A stretch of DNA of 17,788 bases from Candidatus Heimdallarchaeota archaeon (GTDB lineage: Archaea; Asgardarchaeota; Heimdallarchaeia; JABLTI01): contig JAUWKS010000066.1 in assembly GCA_030614005.1 (NCBI GenBank), forward strand, positions 1 through 17,788. Direction: 5' to 3'. Shown here in pieces: positions 1-8,275 of the stretch. Numbering within the stretch: the first letter of the stretch is position 1; every line of letters begins with the position of its first letter. The translations under genes and the position numbers were made by a program. The notes under the pieces were generated by a model. The model ran no database searches. It worked only from the letters and a program-made list of their open reading frames with translations, and was not told the DNA's origin.

Positions 1-651
1 CTTTTACTCGTCAATAATTTCACAGAAAGAGATGACTTTACTAAAATGAAATTCTTTGATGAAACTCTATTCACAATAACTGTTGGAGGACAAGTTTATC
101 TTTATGATTTTTCTGAACTAATAATTCCTGATAATGATTTCTCTAATTGTGACTATGGATTTATCTCAAGAGATGGAGGAGGATTTATTGATGTTATCTT
201 AAAAGATAATATTGTATATCTAAGCACAGGAGCAAGCTTAGTTTTAGTGGATATAAACAACAGAAATAATTTTGAAGAAATACAAACCATAACCGACGGG
301 AATTATTATACATTGGATCTTGAAGAAAACCTACTGTTTGCGAGAGGATCAAATTCAGTTCAGCTTCTAGATATATCTAATTATAATAGTATAGGACAAA
401 CTGAACTCTTTGTAAATAACACTTACCTCTCAAATATTGCAGTAGAAAAGGACTATGTAGCCGTTTCAAACATCATAAAAGGAGCTGACATACTTCTCTT
501 TCAACTTCAATATCCTGACACAGAATCATCAAAAATAATTTGGCCATATATAGTTGGTCCAATTGGTGGAATAGTAATCGTTGTAGCAACGGTTTTCGGA
601 ATAATAAAAATACGAAAGAAAAAAATACAAAAAAAACAACCTGAAAATTGA
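1..651 (+). CDS. C-terminal part of an LVIVD-repeat/beta-propeller-like surface protein with a C-terminal membrane anchor (5'-truncated by window edge)
   Basis: Frame is open from position 1. LVIVD-like repeats (LVLVDINNRNN, VQLLDISNYNS). C-terminal hydrophobic helix (IIWPYIVGPIGGIVIVVATVFGII) followed by a basic stop-transfer tail (KIRKKKIQKK). Confidence 0.7.
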   Translation, partial: LLLVNNFTERDDFTKMKFFDETLFTITVGGQVYLYDFSELIIPDNDFSNCDYGFISRDGGGFIDVILKDNIVYLSTGASLVLVDINNRNNFEEIQTITDGNYYTLDLEENLLFARGSNSVQLLDISNYNSIGQTELFVNNTYLSNIAVEKDYVAVSNIIKGADILLFQLQYPDTESSKIIWPYIVGPIGGIVIVVATVFGIIKIRKKKIQKKQPEN

Positions 652-659
652 AAAATAAT

Positions 660-700
660 GTAGAAAAGATTTCCAAAAAATCTCTATATTTCTACTTTTT
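660..700 (+). terminator. Putative hairpin plus oligo-T terminator after the surface-protein gene
   Basis: GTAGAAA(660-666)/TTTCTAC(689-695) and AGATTT(667-672)/AAATCT(678-683) pair, followed by TTTTT(696-700). Confidence 0.4.
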
Positions 701-837
701 AACTAAAAAATAGAAATTGAAAAACAATAGAAATTAGATAAAAAGAGAAAATGCGCTCAAAAAGAGTGTATAATATACAAGTCTAGAATTAATCCTGCTA
801 GCCTTTAATGAAAGACTTGACTTCTTAAACTGCTCAC

Positions 838-859
838 AAAACATCACAAAGAATCACCT
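838..859 (+). repeat. Left copy of a degenerate direct repeat flanking the Cas1-Cas4 module
   Basis: AAAACA-TCACAAAGAATCACCT vs AAAACAACCACAAAGAAT-ACCT at 6025-6046; 20 of 23 aligned columns identical. Confidence 0.45.
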
Positions 860-945
860 TTAGGGAAATAGATAGAAATGATATCGTAGTATTTCTTGTT
901 TCCTCTAATAGACTAATTTAGGCAATTTTTTCCAACATAAATCAG

Positions 946-1347
946 TCAAAGGATCCTTTGGATCACAACCATCAAGCATAATGGATTGAATTTCGTTAAC
1001 AAAACCAATAAAATAATTGCTATTTTGAATTTGATGATAATCTTCCTTATACTTAGTGAAAATATTTGTTTCTCAAGTGAATTTTTCTTTTTTAATTTAG
1101 ATGTTATTTCTACCATTTCATTTGATGATAAACACTTATTTTTAGTTATTGTGAAGTAATAATTCCAAACCCTCTTTACAAGAATATTATCTAAATTCAA
1201 AGAATACTTTCGTTTACTATAGAGCAAAACATTCTGTTTAGTAGCTTTTTTCAAATAATAGTTAAGTTGAGTCTTTTTCCATTTGAAGTAAGCTTGTAAT
1301 TCACTTATTTTATAGGATTTCAGCAAAAAATGACTGTGAAAGCTCAA
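946..1347 (-). CDS. Winged-helix-like protein, paralog of 4339..5022; possibly the 3' part of a pseudogene extending to ~1464
   Basis: WKKTQLNYYLKKATKQNVLLYSKRKYSLNLDNILVKRV aligns with WKKNRTSQIMQQLVKEGILLYERRKYLLNLDDPFVKRV. ITSKLKKKNSLEKQIF aligns with ITSEVKKEQKNGEKQVY. An in-frame TAA lies at 1354-1356, with an open frame upstream to 1464. Confidence 0.6.
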   Translation of the reverse strand: MSFHSHFLLKSYKISELQAYFKWKKTQLNYYLKKATKQNVLLYSKRKYSLNLDNILVKRVWNYYFTITKNKCLSSNEMVEITSKLKKKNSLEKQIFSLSIRKIIIKFKIAIILLVLLTKFNPLCLMVVIQRIL

Positions 1348-1478
1348 AGCTCTTTATCGAGCAAGTAACTTTACAACTCCTCGGATCATTTGTGCTAATT
1401 CGTATTTTGACAAATTCTTAGCTATTAATAAGCAAAATTCAGCGATAGTACTATTGCTGATACTTCATAAAAGAGAAG

Positions 1479-2210
1479 GTGAGAAAAATAATTACCCATC
1501 AGAAAAACACTGATAACCAAAAGAGAGAAGATAAAATTGGGCTGTTTGTTGATATATTAAACAATACCAACAAGACAATCACAGTAAAGCGAATAAACAA
1601 AACACCTCAAAAACTACTGCTCTATCTTTTATGGATGAAATTAGCATCTGGGGAGAAGATAACCTTAGAAAGTCAAAAAGCGCTAGCAGAGAAACTAAAC
1701 ACTCACCTTAATTCAATTAAGCCAGCACTTAGAAAATTACAGTCATTGAATTATCTCACTCTTGAGAAGGTAAAAAATAAAACAGTCGTTGAAATAAATA
1801 CAATGAATTATGATATTGTTGAATTGCTTTTTCTGATAAGCAAGAGTTTTACTCAAGAGACCTTGAAAAATCTCTCTCAAAATAAACTTCTCAATTCAAA
1901 GAATGTCAATGATGAAGAACAAAAAGAAACATTATCAGTTATCAACCATTTATTAGTAGAGACTGATGCCCAATTCCTGCAAAATAATGCAAGAGAGATT
2001 TCCAATAAAATAGCTGAAGCAATCCATGACGATTTGATTCAAGCTGAGAACAAGACTCAGGTTCTTTTAGATTCTTCTGATTATGATGTAATAATCTCAG
2101 GAACTCTGGAACATATCAAATCAATAATACCAGAACTAGAGTCAACAGGAATAAACCTCAAGCTATCTTCACAACGAAAAATAACTCGAGGAAAACAAGG
2201 TGAGATATGA
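1479..2210 (+). CDS. Winged helix-turn-helix DNA-binding protein (GTG start)
   Basis: wHTH pattern SQKALAEKLNTHLNSIKPALRKLQSLNYLTLEKVKNKTVVEIN; lies directly upstream of the Cas1-like gene. Confidence 0.7.
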   Translation: MRKIITHQKNTDNQKREDKIGLFVDILNNTNKTITVKRINKTPQKLLLYLLWMKLASGEKITLESQKALAEKLNTHLNSIKPALRKLQSLNYLTLEKVKNKTVVEINTMNYDIVELLFLISKSFTQETLKNLSQNKLLNSKNVNDEEQKETLSVINHLLVETDAQFLQNNAREISNKIAEAIHDDLIQAENKTQVLLDSSDYDVIISGTLEHIKSIIPELESTGINLKLSSQRKITRGKQGEI

Positions 2211-2225
2211 CAAGGAGATGCTGAC

Positions 2226-4322
2226 TTGGTTTCTTCCCAGAACAAAGATGGAAAAAAAACTGCTTTCTCAGCTAAAGTTGAAAACGCTATCTTGAATTTC
2301 ATTAGAGAACGAGCTCTACAAGCTATGCCATTGGATTTAACTAAGGAAGATTCAGTAATACTTGAGCAGTTTTCTTCAAGAATCAATACCCTCTTTCCGG
2401 CAACTAAAATGGAAATAGCTAAGATTGTTAATCTGCATGAAAGTACAACTTCAGATTTTTTGGAGAAGCTTCGAAGAAGCAAGAAAGTCAAATCAAGATT
2501 ATTTATGTGGTTTAATAAGAAAATCAGATTCTATATCCCATATGATATGTCTTGGCCAAGATATCTAGAATGGACATGTAAAAATTGTGAGAATTGGAAC
2601 AGGTTCAATCGTAGTTGCACATTCTATCAGGATCTTGCAATGAAAGGCTTTACAGTTGATGAACAACGCTATGTGAAACAAATCAAACCAAAACTAACTG
2701 CTTGTAAATGGAGGATTCCTCGAACAAAAAACCCAATTAAAACATTTCATTCTATTCAAGAATTTGCAGAAGAAATTTACGATTCAAATATGTGGTGGAA
2801 AGAGAATGACATGAATAACAATTACTTGCATAGTCCACAAGTTCCTCTCTCTGCTTATAGGTGCTATTTCTGTAAGAAACCGATACCTCAGTTTGGGTGG
2901 GGAGTATTGCCATTAATAGGCAGTTCACTAACATCCTGCTATTATTGCGGTTCTTTTTACAAACTGTTTTTTGATCAGACAGAAGAGAAATATTATGTGA
3001 AAGCTTCCAAAGAGAAATTTAGAGAATACTCAAGGAATTATAGATTGTTTACAGGAGGAGAAGATCCAGTTAGAGGTTATTCAAGTGTAAATTATGGACT
3101 CTCACTTTACGACTTTAATGACGAAGTTGATTTACATGATGAAATCTATGCTTTCACTTCATTCAATCTTTTTGCTTATTATAACCAATTAAAATACTTG
3201 GTCGTGAGAAAAGAGGAATATTACGATGTCCTACAAGCAAAACTAGCTGCTCATTATTCTGATATGAACATTATTTTGGCAAAAGAGCAACCTGTGAGTG
3301 CGAAACCAACAAAGCAGCAAATAGGCGCAACGCGGTTATTGCAAAAAACTGGTGTACTGAGCACTAATTATGCGATAGAATTACTTTGGAATAGGCTAGC
3401 AGTTCTTAATGAAATAAGCGACCTTGCTAACAAAAGAAAACTGCTTTTAGCTCGAGAAATCACTACAGAATTAATAACTAAAATACAGCAGATGAAGAAG
3501 AACAAGCAGATATTAACTAGCAATATCTGGAATACTATTGATGGACAAGCAGCAAATTACATGTGGGCAGTTATAAAAGAGATAATGGAAAAACAGGGTT
3601 TTGAAATGCCTAATCGCTCGAGATCAAGGCATCTTGAAAATGATCCCTTTAAGCCTTGGAGCTTTTTTCAAAGTTATTCTAATGGAAATACAGTCATTAA
3701 TGGCTCATTTAGAATGATCTCTGACTTGTATTTAGAGAAGTGTATAGAGCAAGGGTTCCCTTGGAAGGGGTTGGAAGGAATCTGTCATAGAAATACCCAT
3801 GGAGGTGAGATTGGGCTAAAATTGGATAATGAGGAAGGTCCCAAACTAGGAACGCTATCACAAACTTTGAGAATGATAGTTGACGAACGAATAAAACCGG
3901 AGATGATTTTCTCGGAAAGATTGAGAAAAAGAATACCTGTTTTTTATGTCAAAGAACAATCACAAGCCTATGTGGAGATGGAAGATAATTGTCAAAAGAT
4001 TGGTGAATTGAAAATACGGTCGGTTATATATGGGAAAGAGCAAGAAACAACGATCAGTAAAGCAATGGATTATAACATTGCAAGCATGAACAAACTGTTG
4101 GAAGACATTGCTTGGAAAGATGACACGGTAATTACTCTTGAGGGAAAGAAGTATGCTCCTTGGGCAATTGCTGCGGAAAACAAATGGGCTGCTCTCACTA
4201 GGAAACAATTAACAATAATATCTAGTTCTTTGAGTGAAATTATCAAAGACGCGGGGGAGTATTTTGCTCCCTTTAGATTGCGATTTGGTTCATCACTAGA
4301 GGAGTTTGATTTCAAGTTTTAG
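2226..4322 (+). CDS. cas1: Large, highly diverged Cas1 homolog (Asgard aCas1-like): HTH + Cys cluster + Zn ribbon + Cas1 catalytic domain
   Basis: TTG start with AGGAG SD. HTH (ATKMEIAKIVNLHESTTSDFLEKL), CKNC..C..C cluster, CYFC...CYYC ribbon. Cas1 motifs in order: TIDGQAANYMW (~EGxAAxxYF, D439), NRSRSR, NTVINGSF (~NxxLNYxY), GICH (H521), LKLDNEE (~LxxDxxE, D534/E537). Confidence 0.75.
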   Translation: MVSSQNKDGKKTAFSAKVENAILNFIRERALQAMPLDLTKEDSVILEQFSSRINTLFPATKMEIAKIVNLHESTTSDFLEKLRRSKKVKSRLFMWFNKKIRFYIPYDMSWPRYLEWTCKNCENWNRFNRSCTFYQDLAMKGFTVDEQRYVKQIKPKLTACKWRIPRTKNPIKTFHSIQEFAEEIYDSNMWWKENDMNNNYLHSPQVPLSAYRCYFCKKPIPQFGWGVLPLIGSSLTSCYYCGSFYKLFFDQTEEKYYVKASKEKFREYSRNYRLFTGGEDPVRGYSSVNYGLSLYDFNDEVDLHDEIYAFTSFNLFAYYNQLKYLVVRKEEYYDVLQAKLAAHYSDMNIILAKEQPVSAKPTKQQIGATRLLQKTGVLSTNYAIELLWNRLAVLNEISDLANKRKLLLAREITTELITKIQQMKKNKQILTSNIWNTIDGQAANYMWAVIKEIMEKQGFEMPNRSRSRHLENDPFKPWSFFQSYSNGNTVINGSFRMISDLYLEKCIEQGFPWKGLEGICHRNTHGGEIGLKLDNEEGPKLGTLSQTLRMIVDERIKPEMIFSERLRKRIPVFYVKEQSQAYVEMEDNCQKIGELKIRSVIYGKEQETTISKAMDYNIASMNKLLEDIAWKDDTVITLEGKKYAPWAIAAENKWAALTRKQLTIISSSLSEIIKDAGEYFAPFRLRFGSSLEEFDFKF

Positions 4323-4338
4323 AAGATGGTGTAAAACA

Positions 4339-5022
4339 ATGGTATATGCTCTATCAAATAAAAATGAAAAGGTAATTTCACTTGTGGAGTTATTCCTTGA
4401 ACTTGAGGAAGAAATAACAAACAATACAATCAAAGGTGAGAGCTTTTCAAAGCTCATTTTTGAATTGATAGTTATTTTAGGCAAAAGAGATTTCATAAAG
4501 ACCTATAAGATAACCAAACTGCTTCTCAAGCAATTTGTAGAATTTGGTGTAATTGAACCAAAGGGAGAAAAAGAACTTGAGGTGCTACTCCCTTGGAAAA
4601 AAAATCGTACATCTCAAATAATGCAACAATTAGTTAAAGAAGGAATTCTGTTGTACGAGAGAAGAAAATACTTGCTCAATCTGGATGATCCTTTTGTAAA
4701 GAGAGTGAAAGGGAGTATAAGATTAGGAGAGAAGGATATTGATATTGAAGAGATGATTACAAAATTCTCAGAAAAAATTTGTCCAATGATTGAGGAACAT
4801 GAATCTATAACCTCTGAAGTCAAAAAAGAACAAAAGAATGGTGAAAAACAAGTTTACCGAAAAGCAACACGACAGGAGATGAAGCAGTTCTACCGAGAGA
4901 TTTTCAGTAAATATATTGGGGAATCATTTTCTGATAATGAATTCGTTATTAAAAAAAATCTAGTATCATTGATAAAAAACAATATTTTATTGACAATAGG
5001 AATTGTTCAAAAAGAAGAGTAG
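4339..5022 (+). CDS. Winged-helix-like protein, paralog of 946..1347
   Basis: ATG at 4339 with GGTG SD preferred over the TTG at 4306 that overlaps cas1. The central segment has an HTH-wing pattern shared with 946..1347. Confidence 0.7.
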   Translation: MVYALSNKNEKVISLVELFLELEEEITNNTIKGESFSKLIFELIVILGKRDFIKTYKITKLLLKQFVEFGVIEPKGEKELEVLLPWKKNRTSQIMQQLVKEGILLYERRKYLLNLDDPFVKRVKGSIRLGEKDIDIEEMITKFSEKICPMIEEHESITSEVKKEQKNGEKQVYRKATRQEMKQFYREIFSKYIGESFSDNEFVIKKNLVSLIKNNILLTIGIVQKEE

Positions 5023-5054
5023 AGTAAGAATATCTTTTTTAATACAGGACTCCA

Positions 5055-5801
5055 TTACTCATGTTTCTTTAGCATTTTATCAGGAACTTTAGTGCAAATA
5101 ACCGCATAGCTACATTTGTTTTTTTGTAGATGGCAATCTGCCCTTGGAAATAAATCACCTGTGAGCATCTGTTCTCGATAATTCTCGAGATTGACCTTAA
5201 AATCAGACAGATCTTCTGTTGTAACTTCTTGTGAGAACCATTCACCAGAATCATAAAAGTAGCAACCGACTTGAGAAACCTTTCTGCTGTAGGTTTGTTT
5301 GAATTCTTGACTTTCTGTTGCTAGAAGTGCATAAAATAGTAGTTCTTCGTTCAAAAAGCCACTTCTTCTCTCCGAAGATTTATACTCGACGATTCGGCAT
5401 TCATTGTCTGATAACGGATCCACCCTGTCGATCTGTCCACGCATAGTATCTGTTGCCAGGTAGAGTTCATGGGCTAAGGGATACCAATTGTTAGGGTCAA
5501 CTTGATAGCGCTGAACTTCTTGTTCCCAGAATTTTCGTAGAATTGGTTGTGTTGTTACTTTGTCTGGTGTAGGGTTTTGATTGATGACGTCATCAGCAAA
5601 ATTTTTGTAGAATTCTCGTAATTTACGATGTTCTTTCAAGCCCTTTTTGAAATGTGTGGGATAATTGGAATGATCTTTTATCCTTCGAGGACCTTCTTTC
5701 ATTTGCTGGTTTTGTTGTTTTAGTAAGTAGAACTTTAGTGAGCACTCTAAATAAGCAGTAAATTCTGTTTTGCTAAGATTAAATCGTTTGATAGTTGTCA
5801 T
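5055..5801 (-). CDS. cas4: Cas4-like PD-(D/E)XK (RecB-family) nuclease with four putative Fe-S cysteines
   Basis: C20 plus C223/C230/C236; GxxxH (H58); E112; RGQIDRVD (D125); IVEYKSS (E139/K141); ELLFY in place of the QxxxY motif. Confidence 0.8.
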   Translation of the reverse strand: MTTIKRFNLSKTEFTAYLECSLKFYLLKQQNQQMKEGPRRIKDHSNYPTHFKKGLKEHRKLREFYKNFADDVINQNPTPDKVTTQPILRKFWEQEVQRYQVDPNNWYPLAHELYLATDTMRGQIDRVDPLSDNECRIVEYKSSERRSGFLNEELLFYALLATESQEFKQTYSRKVSQVGCYFYDSGEWFSQEVTTEDLSDFKVNLENYREQMLTGDLFPRADCHLQKNKCSYAVICTKVPDKMLKKHE

Positions 5802-5960
5802 GGTTAAATAACTTATAAACAGTTTTCTTTTTTAATAGCTAAAAAATGGAATTTAAATCTTAAATTTTAGCATTTTTAGTAAAAAATAACTAAAAAGTCA
5901 ATCTCAAAATCCTCAAAAAACAGAAACAATAGTTTTTTCAAGAAAAAATAATGAAAACCT

Positions 5961-6019
5961 ATCACAAAAAATTGGGCGAAAAAAAGAAAAAAGAGAACTC
6001 ATCACAAAAAAATGGGCGA
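5961..6019 (+). repeat. Two 19-bp direct repeats with a 40-bp period
   Basis: ATCACAAAAAATTGGGCGA (5961-5979) and ATCACAAAAAAATGGGCGA (6001-6019); 18/19 identical. Confidence 0.75.
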
Positions 6020-6024
6020 GAGAG

Positions 6025-6046
6025 AAAACAACCACAAAGAATACCT
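6025..6046 (+). repeat. Right copy of the degenerate direct repeat flanking the Cas1-Cas4 module
   Basis: AAAACAACCACAAAGAATACCT; matches 838-859 with a 10-bp exact core CACAAAGAAT. Confidence 0.45.
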
Positions 6047-6215
6047 ATGAAAGGGGTCTTCTCCAACCACCTTTAATCATTTCAGCCTTTCCTAAAACTA
6101 CTCGGATAAAATGAACGAGAGAGAATCCGCTAAATATACATTTTATTCCTTTTCCCGCCTCTAATTTTCCGCTGGGCTCCCTCTGATAAGTTTGTATGAT
6201 GATGCAAATATCGAT

Positions 6216-7820
6216 TTAATTTTTGTTTATTTTTTCTCTCCAAAGAGATTTAATTAACGATATATTCACTTGATATTTCTTATAAATTCCAAAAGTTAAG
6301 AGAAATTTACTTAATAATCTATTAGAATGAATTTCGTCCTGGGAATTATTGCCCAATATTTTTTCTTGTAATAAGAATAATTCATCAGTTGGGTGATAAA
6401 GTGTTGCACCTCTTACAGTTGGAATAAGATTCTTCACAAGTTTTTCCAAATCATCTGAAGGGCGGATTGGTAATTTATAAGGATGTGAAGAAGCAGACCT
6501 AAATGTTATGTTATTGTAGTATTTTTGTAGAAAGGGCATTAATTCTTGATTTGTGTTAGTTAGATGTTTAAGCAGCTTTCTAATTGTAATTCCATAATCA
6601 TTCTTATAATTTTGCAGATCACTTTTTGAAAATATACTAGTTTTATGGAGGATGGCACGAAAATAATAACCTAAGCCAATTATAGAGACCTTAGGTAAAT
6701 AGGAGAAATCAAAAAAACCATCTGTTGTTATTCTTTTGGAATTAAATCCATGAAAAGACAAATTTTGAATGTTATTTTGTAGCATTCTAATGAAATCTTG
6801 AGATTTTTTTGGATGTAATGAACCAATCAAATCAGCAATTTTCATTTTATCTTTTGCTAAAACATTTACTTGAAATCCACCTCCCTTTTTGGAGAAGAAA
6901 TGGGATTCAATATCATTTACTTCTAAATACTTTTGAAAATCCTTTGAATAATTTTCACTTATAGAACAAAAGACTATCTGATTCTTAAAAGAACCATCAG
7001 CATCAAACGCACCACGCCAATACAAACTCCGGTAAGGTTCACCCAATTTTTGAAAGATAAGAGGTTCTCGTAATGTGTTATATTTTGGTTCATCGATTGC
7101 TTGATTCGTTAGAAAATTAAACAAACGAACAGTCCAGAGAAGATTTAATTTTACTATCCAAGCACCTCCCGTTTTCATTAGTTTTCCATTTTTCGAGAAT
7201 TGTTCATTTAGCAAACTAGTAACGAATTCAATATGTTCTTTTGTTTCATCTGCAACAATAATCCAATATTGTCTTAAATTTCCATCACCATTGCAGATTC
7301 CACAGAGATAAGCCAATTTATTTGTTACACTCGTAGGAAAAGTGAAGGCTTCTCCTCGAGCGCTCGTAAAAGGAATATTTCCAGCATCATTCACAGGGAG
7401 AGATAATTCTAGAATAATTTCCTGCGCACAGCGAAATAATGGAAAGGGCAACGCTCCCTGTTCAAGGTACTTACAAATAATATCCCGCCAGGCGGTGATG
7501 GTCTTGTTTATTGAGCGATAAAAGTAATCTCGAGCCACTTCAGCTATGGGAAGGGTTCGTTCTTGAATTTTGGTTCGAATCTCGTCTGTCAGGATAAGGA
7601 ATGGAAATCGAGCGATGATCCTATCCCTTGCACCTTTTCGCACAAAGTCTATCTTTCGTACCATTATTCCATAGATGTTAACGAAGGAAAGGTCATTATT
7701 AATTACAACACCGATAGCAGATGTTCGAAGGATACTATTTGCTGTCTCCCAGTCGTTGTATGATGTGGGTTCTTCATCATATAGCAATGGATCCATAGAC
7801 CAATGGAGATAAGTAGCCAT
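6216..7820 (-). CDS. Stand-alone double-motif LAGLIDADG endonuclease-like protein with N- and C-terminal extensions
   Basis: LAYLCGICNGDG (D179) and YWRGAFDADGSF (D275). No intein splice motifs seen; has its own GAGGA SD. Confidence 0.8.
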   Translation of the reverse strand: MATYLHWSMDPLLYDEEPTSYNDWETANSILRTSAIGVVINNDLSFVNIYGIMVRKIDFVRKGARDRIIARFPFLILTDEIRTKIQERTLPIAEVARDYFYRSINKTITAWRDIICKYLEQGALPFPLFRCAQEIILELSLPVNDAGNIPFTSARGEAFTFPTSVTNKLAYLCGICNGDGNLRQYWIIVADETKEHIEFVTSLLNEQFSKNGKLMKTGGAWIVKLNLLWTVRLFNFLTNQAIDEPKYNTLREPLIFQKLGEPYRSLYWRGAFDADGSFKNQIVFCSISENYSKDFQKYLEVNDIESHFFSKKGGGFQVNVLAKDKMKIADLIGSLHPKKSQDFIRMLQNNIQNLSFHGFNSKRITTDGFFDFSYLPKVSIIGLGYYFRAILHKTSIFSKSDLQNYKNDYGITIRKLLKHLTNTNQELMPFLQKYYNNITFRSASSHPYKLPIRPSDDLEKLVKNLIPTVRGATLYHPTDELFLLQEKILGNNSQDEIHSNRLLSKFLLTFGIYKKYQVNISLIKSLWREKINKN

Positions 7821-7992
7821 AGTATTATCCTCTTGAATTTATGTTTTGTTTATACTATTAAATACCCCTTTGTACAACTATCCGAAAAGTAAAGGATCAG
7901 TTTGCCAATTAATTACTACCATAGAGTAATTCCTCTAAGCTTTGTTTGTACGATTAATATTAACTCACCGAAATTAACAATAAAATACTAAA

Positions 7993-8154
7993 TTATTCCT
8001 CTATTTTCTTGCACAAGAAACTGTCTTCTTCTAAAGTGATTCCTAAAATGTCACCTTTCTTTAAATTCAAAGACTCAACAATTTCTTTTGGAACTATGAA
8101 TTGTAATGAAGCTTTGTTTTGCACCAACTTCCTTTTGAATACTATTTTTGCCAT
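7993..8154 (-). CDS. AbrB/MazE/SpoVT-family DNA-binding protein, 53 aa (not in the ORF track)
   Basis: Manual translation: MAKIVFKRKLVQNKASLQFIVPKEIVESLNLKKGDILGITLEEDSFLCKKIEE. Carries the AbrB signature (vPKEI.E.L.LK.GD); GAGGG SD upstream. Confidence 0.85.
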   Translation of the reverse strand: MAKIVFKRKLVQNKASLQFIVPKEIVESLNLKKGDILGITLEEDSFLCKKIEE

Positions 8155-8170
8155 TTTTTACCCTCTTATG

Positions 8171-8255
8171 CAATGCTTAAGCAATTATTACATCATGCGT
8201 AAGATTTATATCTATGTTTCTACTTACAATATACTTAAGCAATACTTAAGTATTG
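8171..8255. promoter_or_regulatory. Divergent abrB/cas7 promoter region with repeated CTTAAG-centred palindromic operators
   Basis: Perfect 16-bp palindrome CAATACTTAAGTATTG (8240-8255), TGCTTAAGCA (8174-8183), ATACTTAAGC (8231-8240), and TATA-like TTTATAT (8205-8211). Confidence 0.6.
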
Positions 8256-8275
8256 TTCGAATTTGGTGAAAAAGA

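Larger units (their letters stand above)
838..6046. mobile_element. Putative Cas1-homolog (casposase-like) mobile module: wHTH-like, wHTH, diverged Cas1, wHTH-like, Cas4-like
   Basis: Self-contained five-gene cluster with an integrase-family gene and no CRISPR array, bracketed by a degenerate direct repeat. No polB and no convincing TIRs, so not a classical casposon. Confidence 0.4.

Noticed and set aside
838-6046. Classical casposon
   Set aside because: No family B polymerase and no TIRs just inside the direct repeats.
859-6097. Imperfect inverted repeat 859-883 vs 6076-6097 as TIRs
   Set aside because: Short gapped AT-rich match whose geometry conflicts with the direct repeat, which would then lie inside the element.
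5802-6215. CRISPR array next to cas4
   Set aside because: Only two 19-bp A-rich non-palindromic copies with a 21-nt gap; too short and too few. Reported as direct repeats instead.
8009-8269. 86-aa + strand ORF
   Set aside because: Antisense shadow of the AbrB gene, running through its promoter; no motif.
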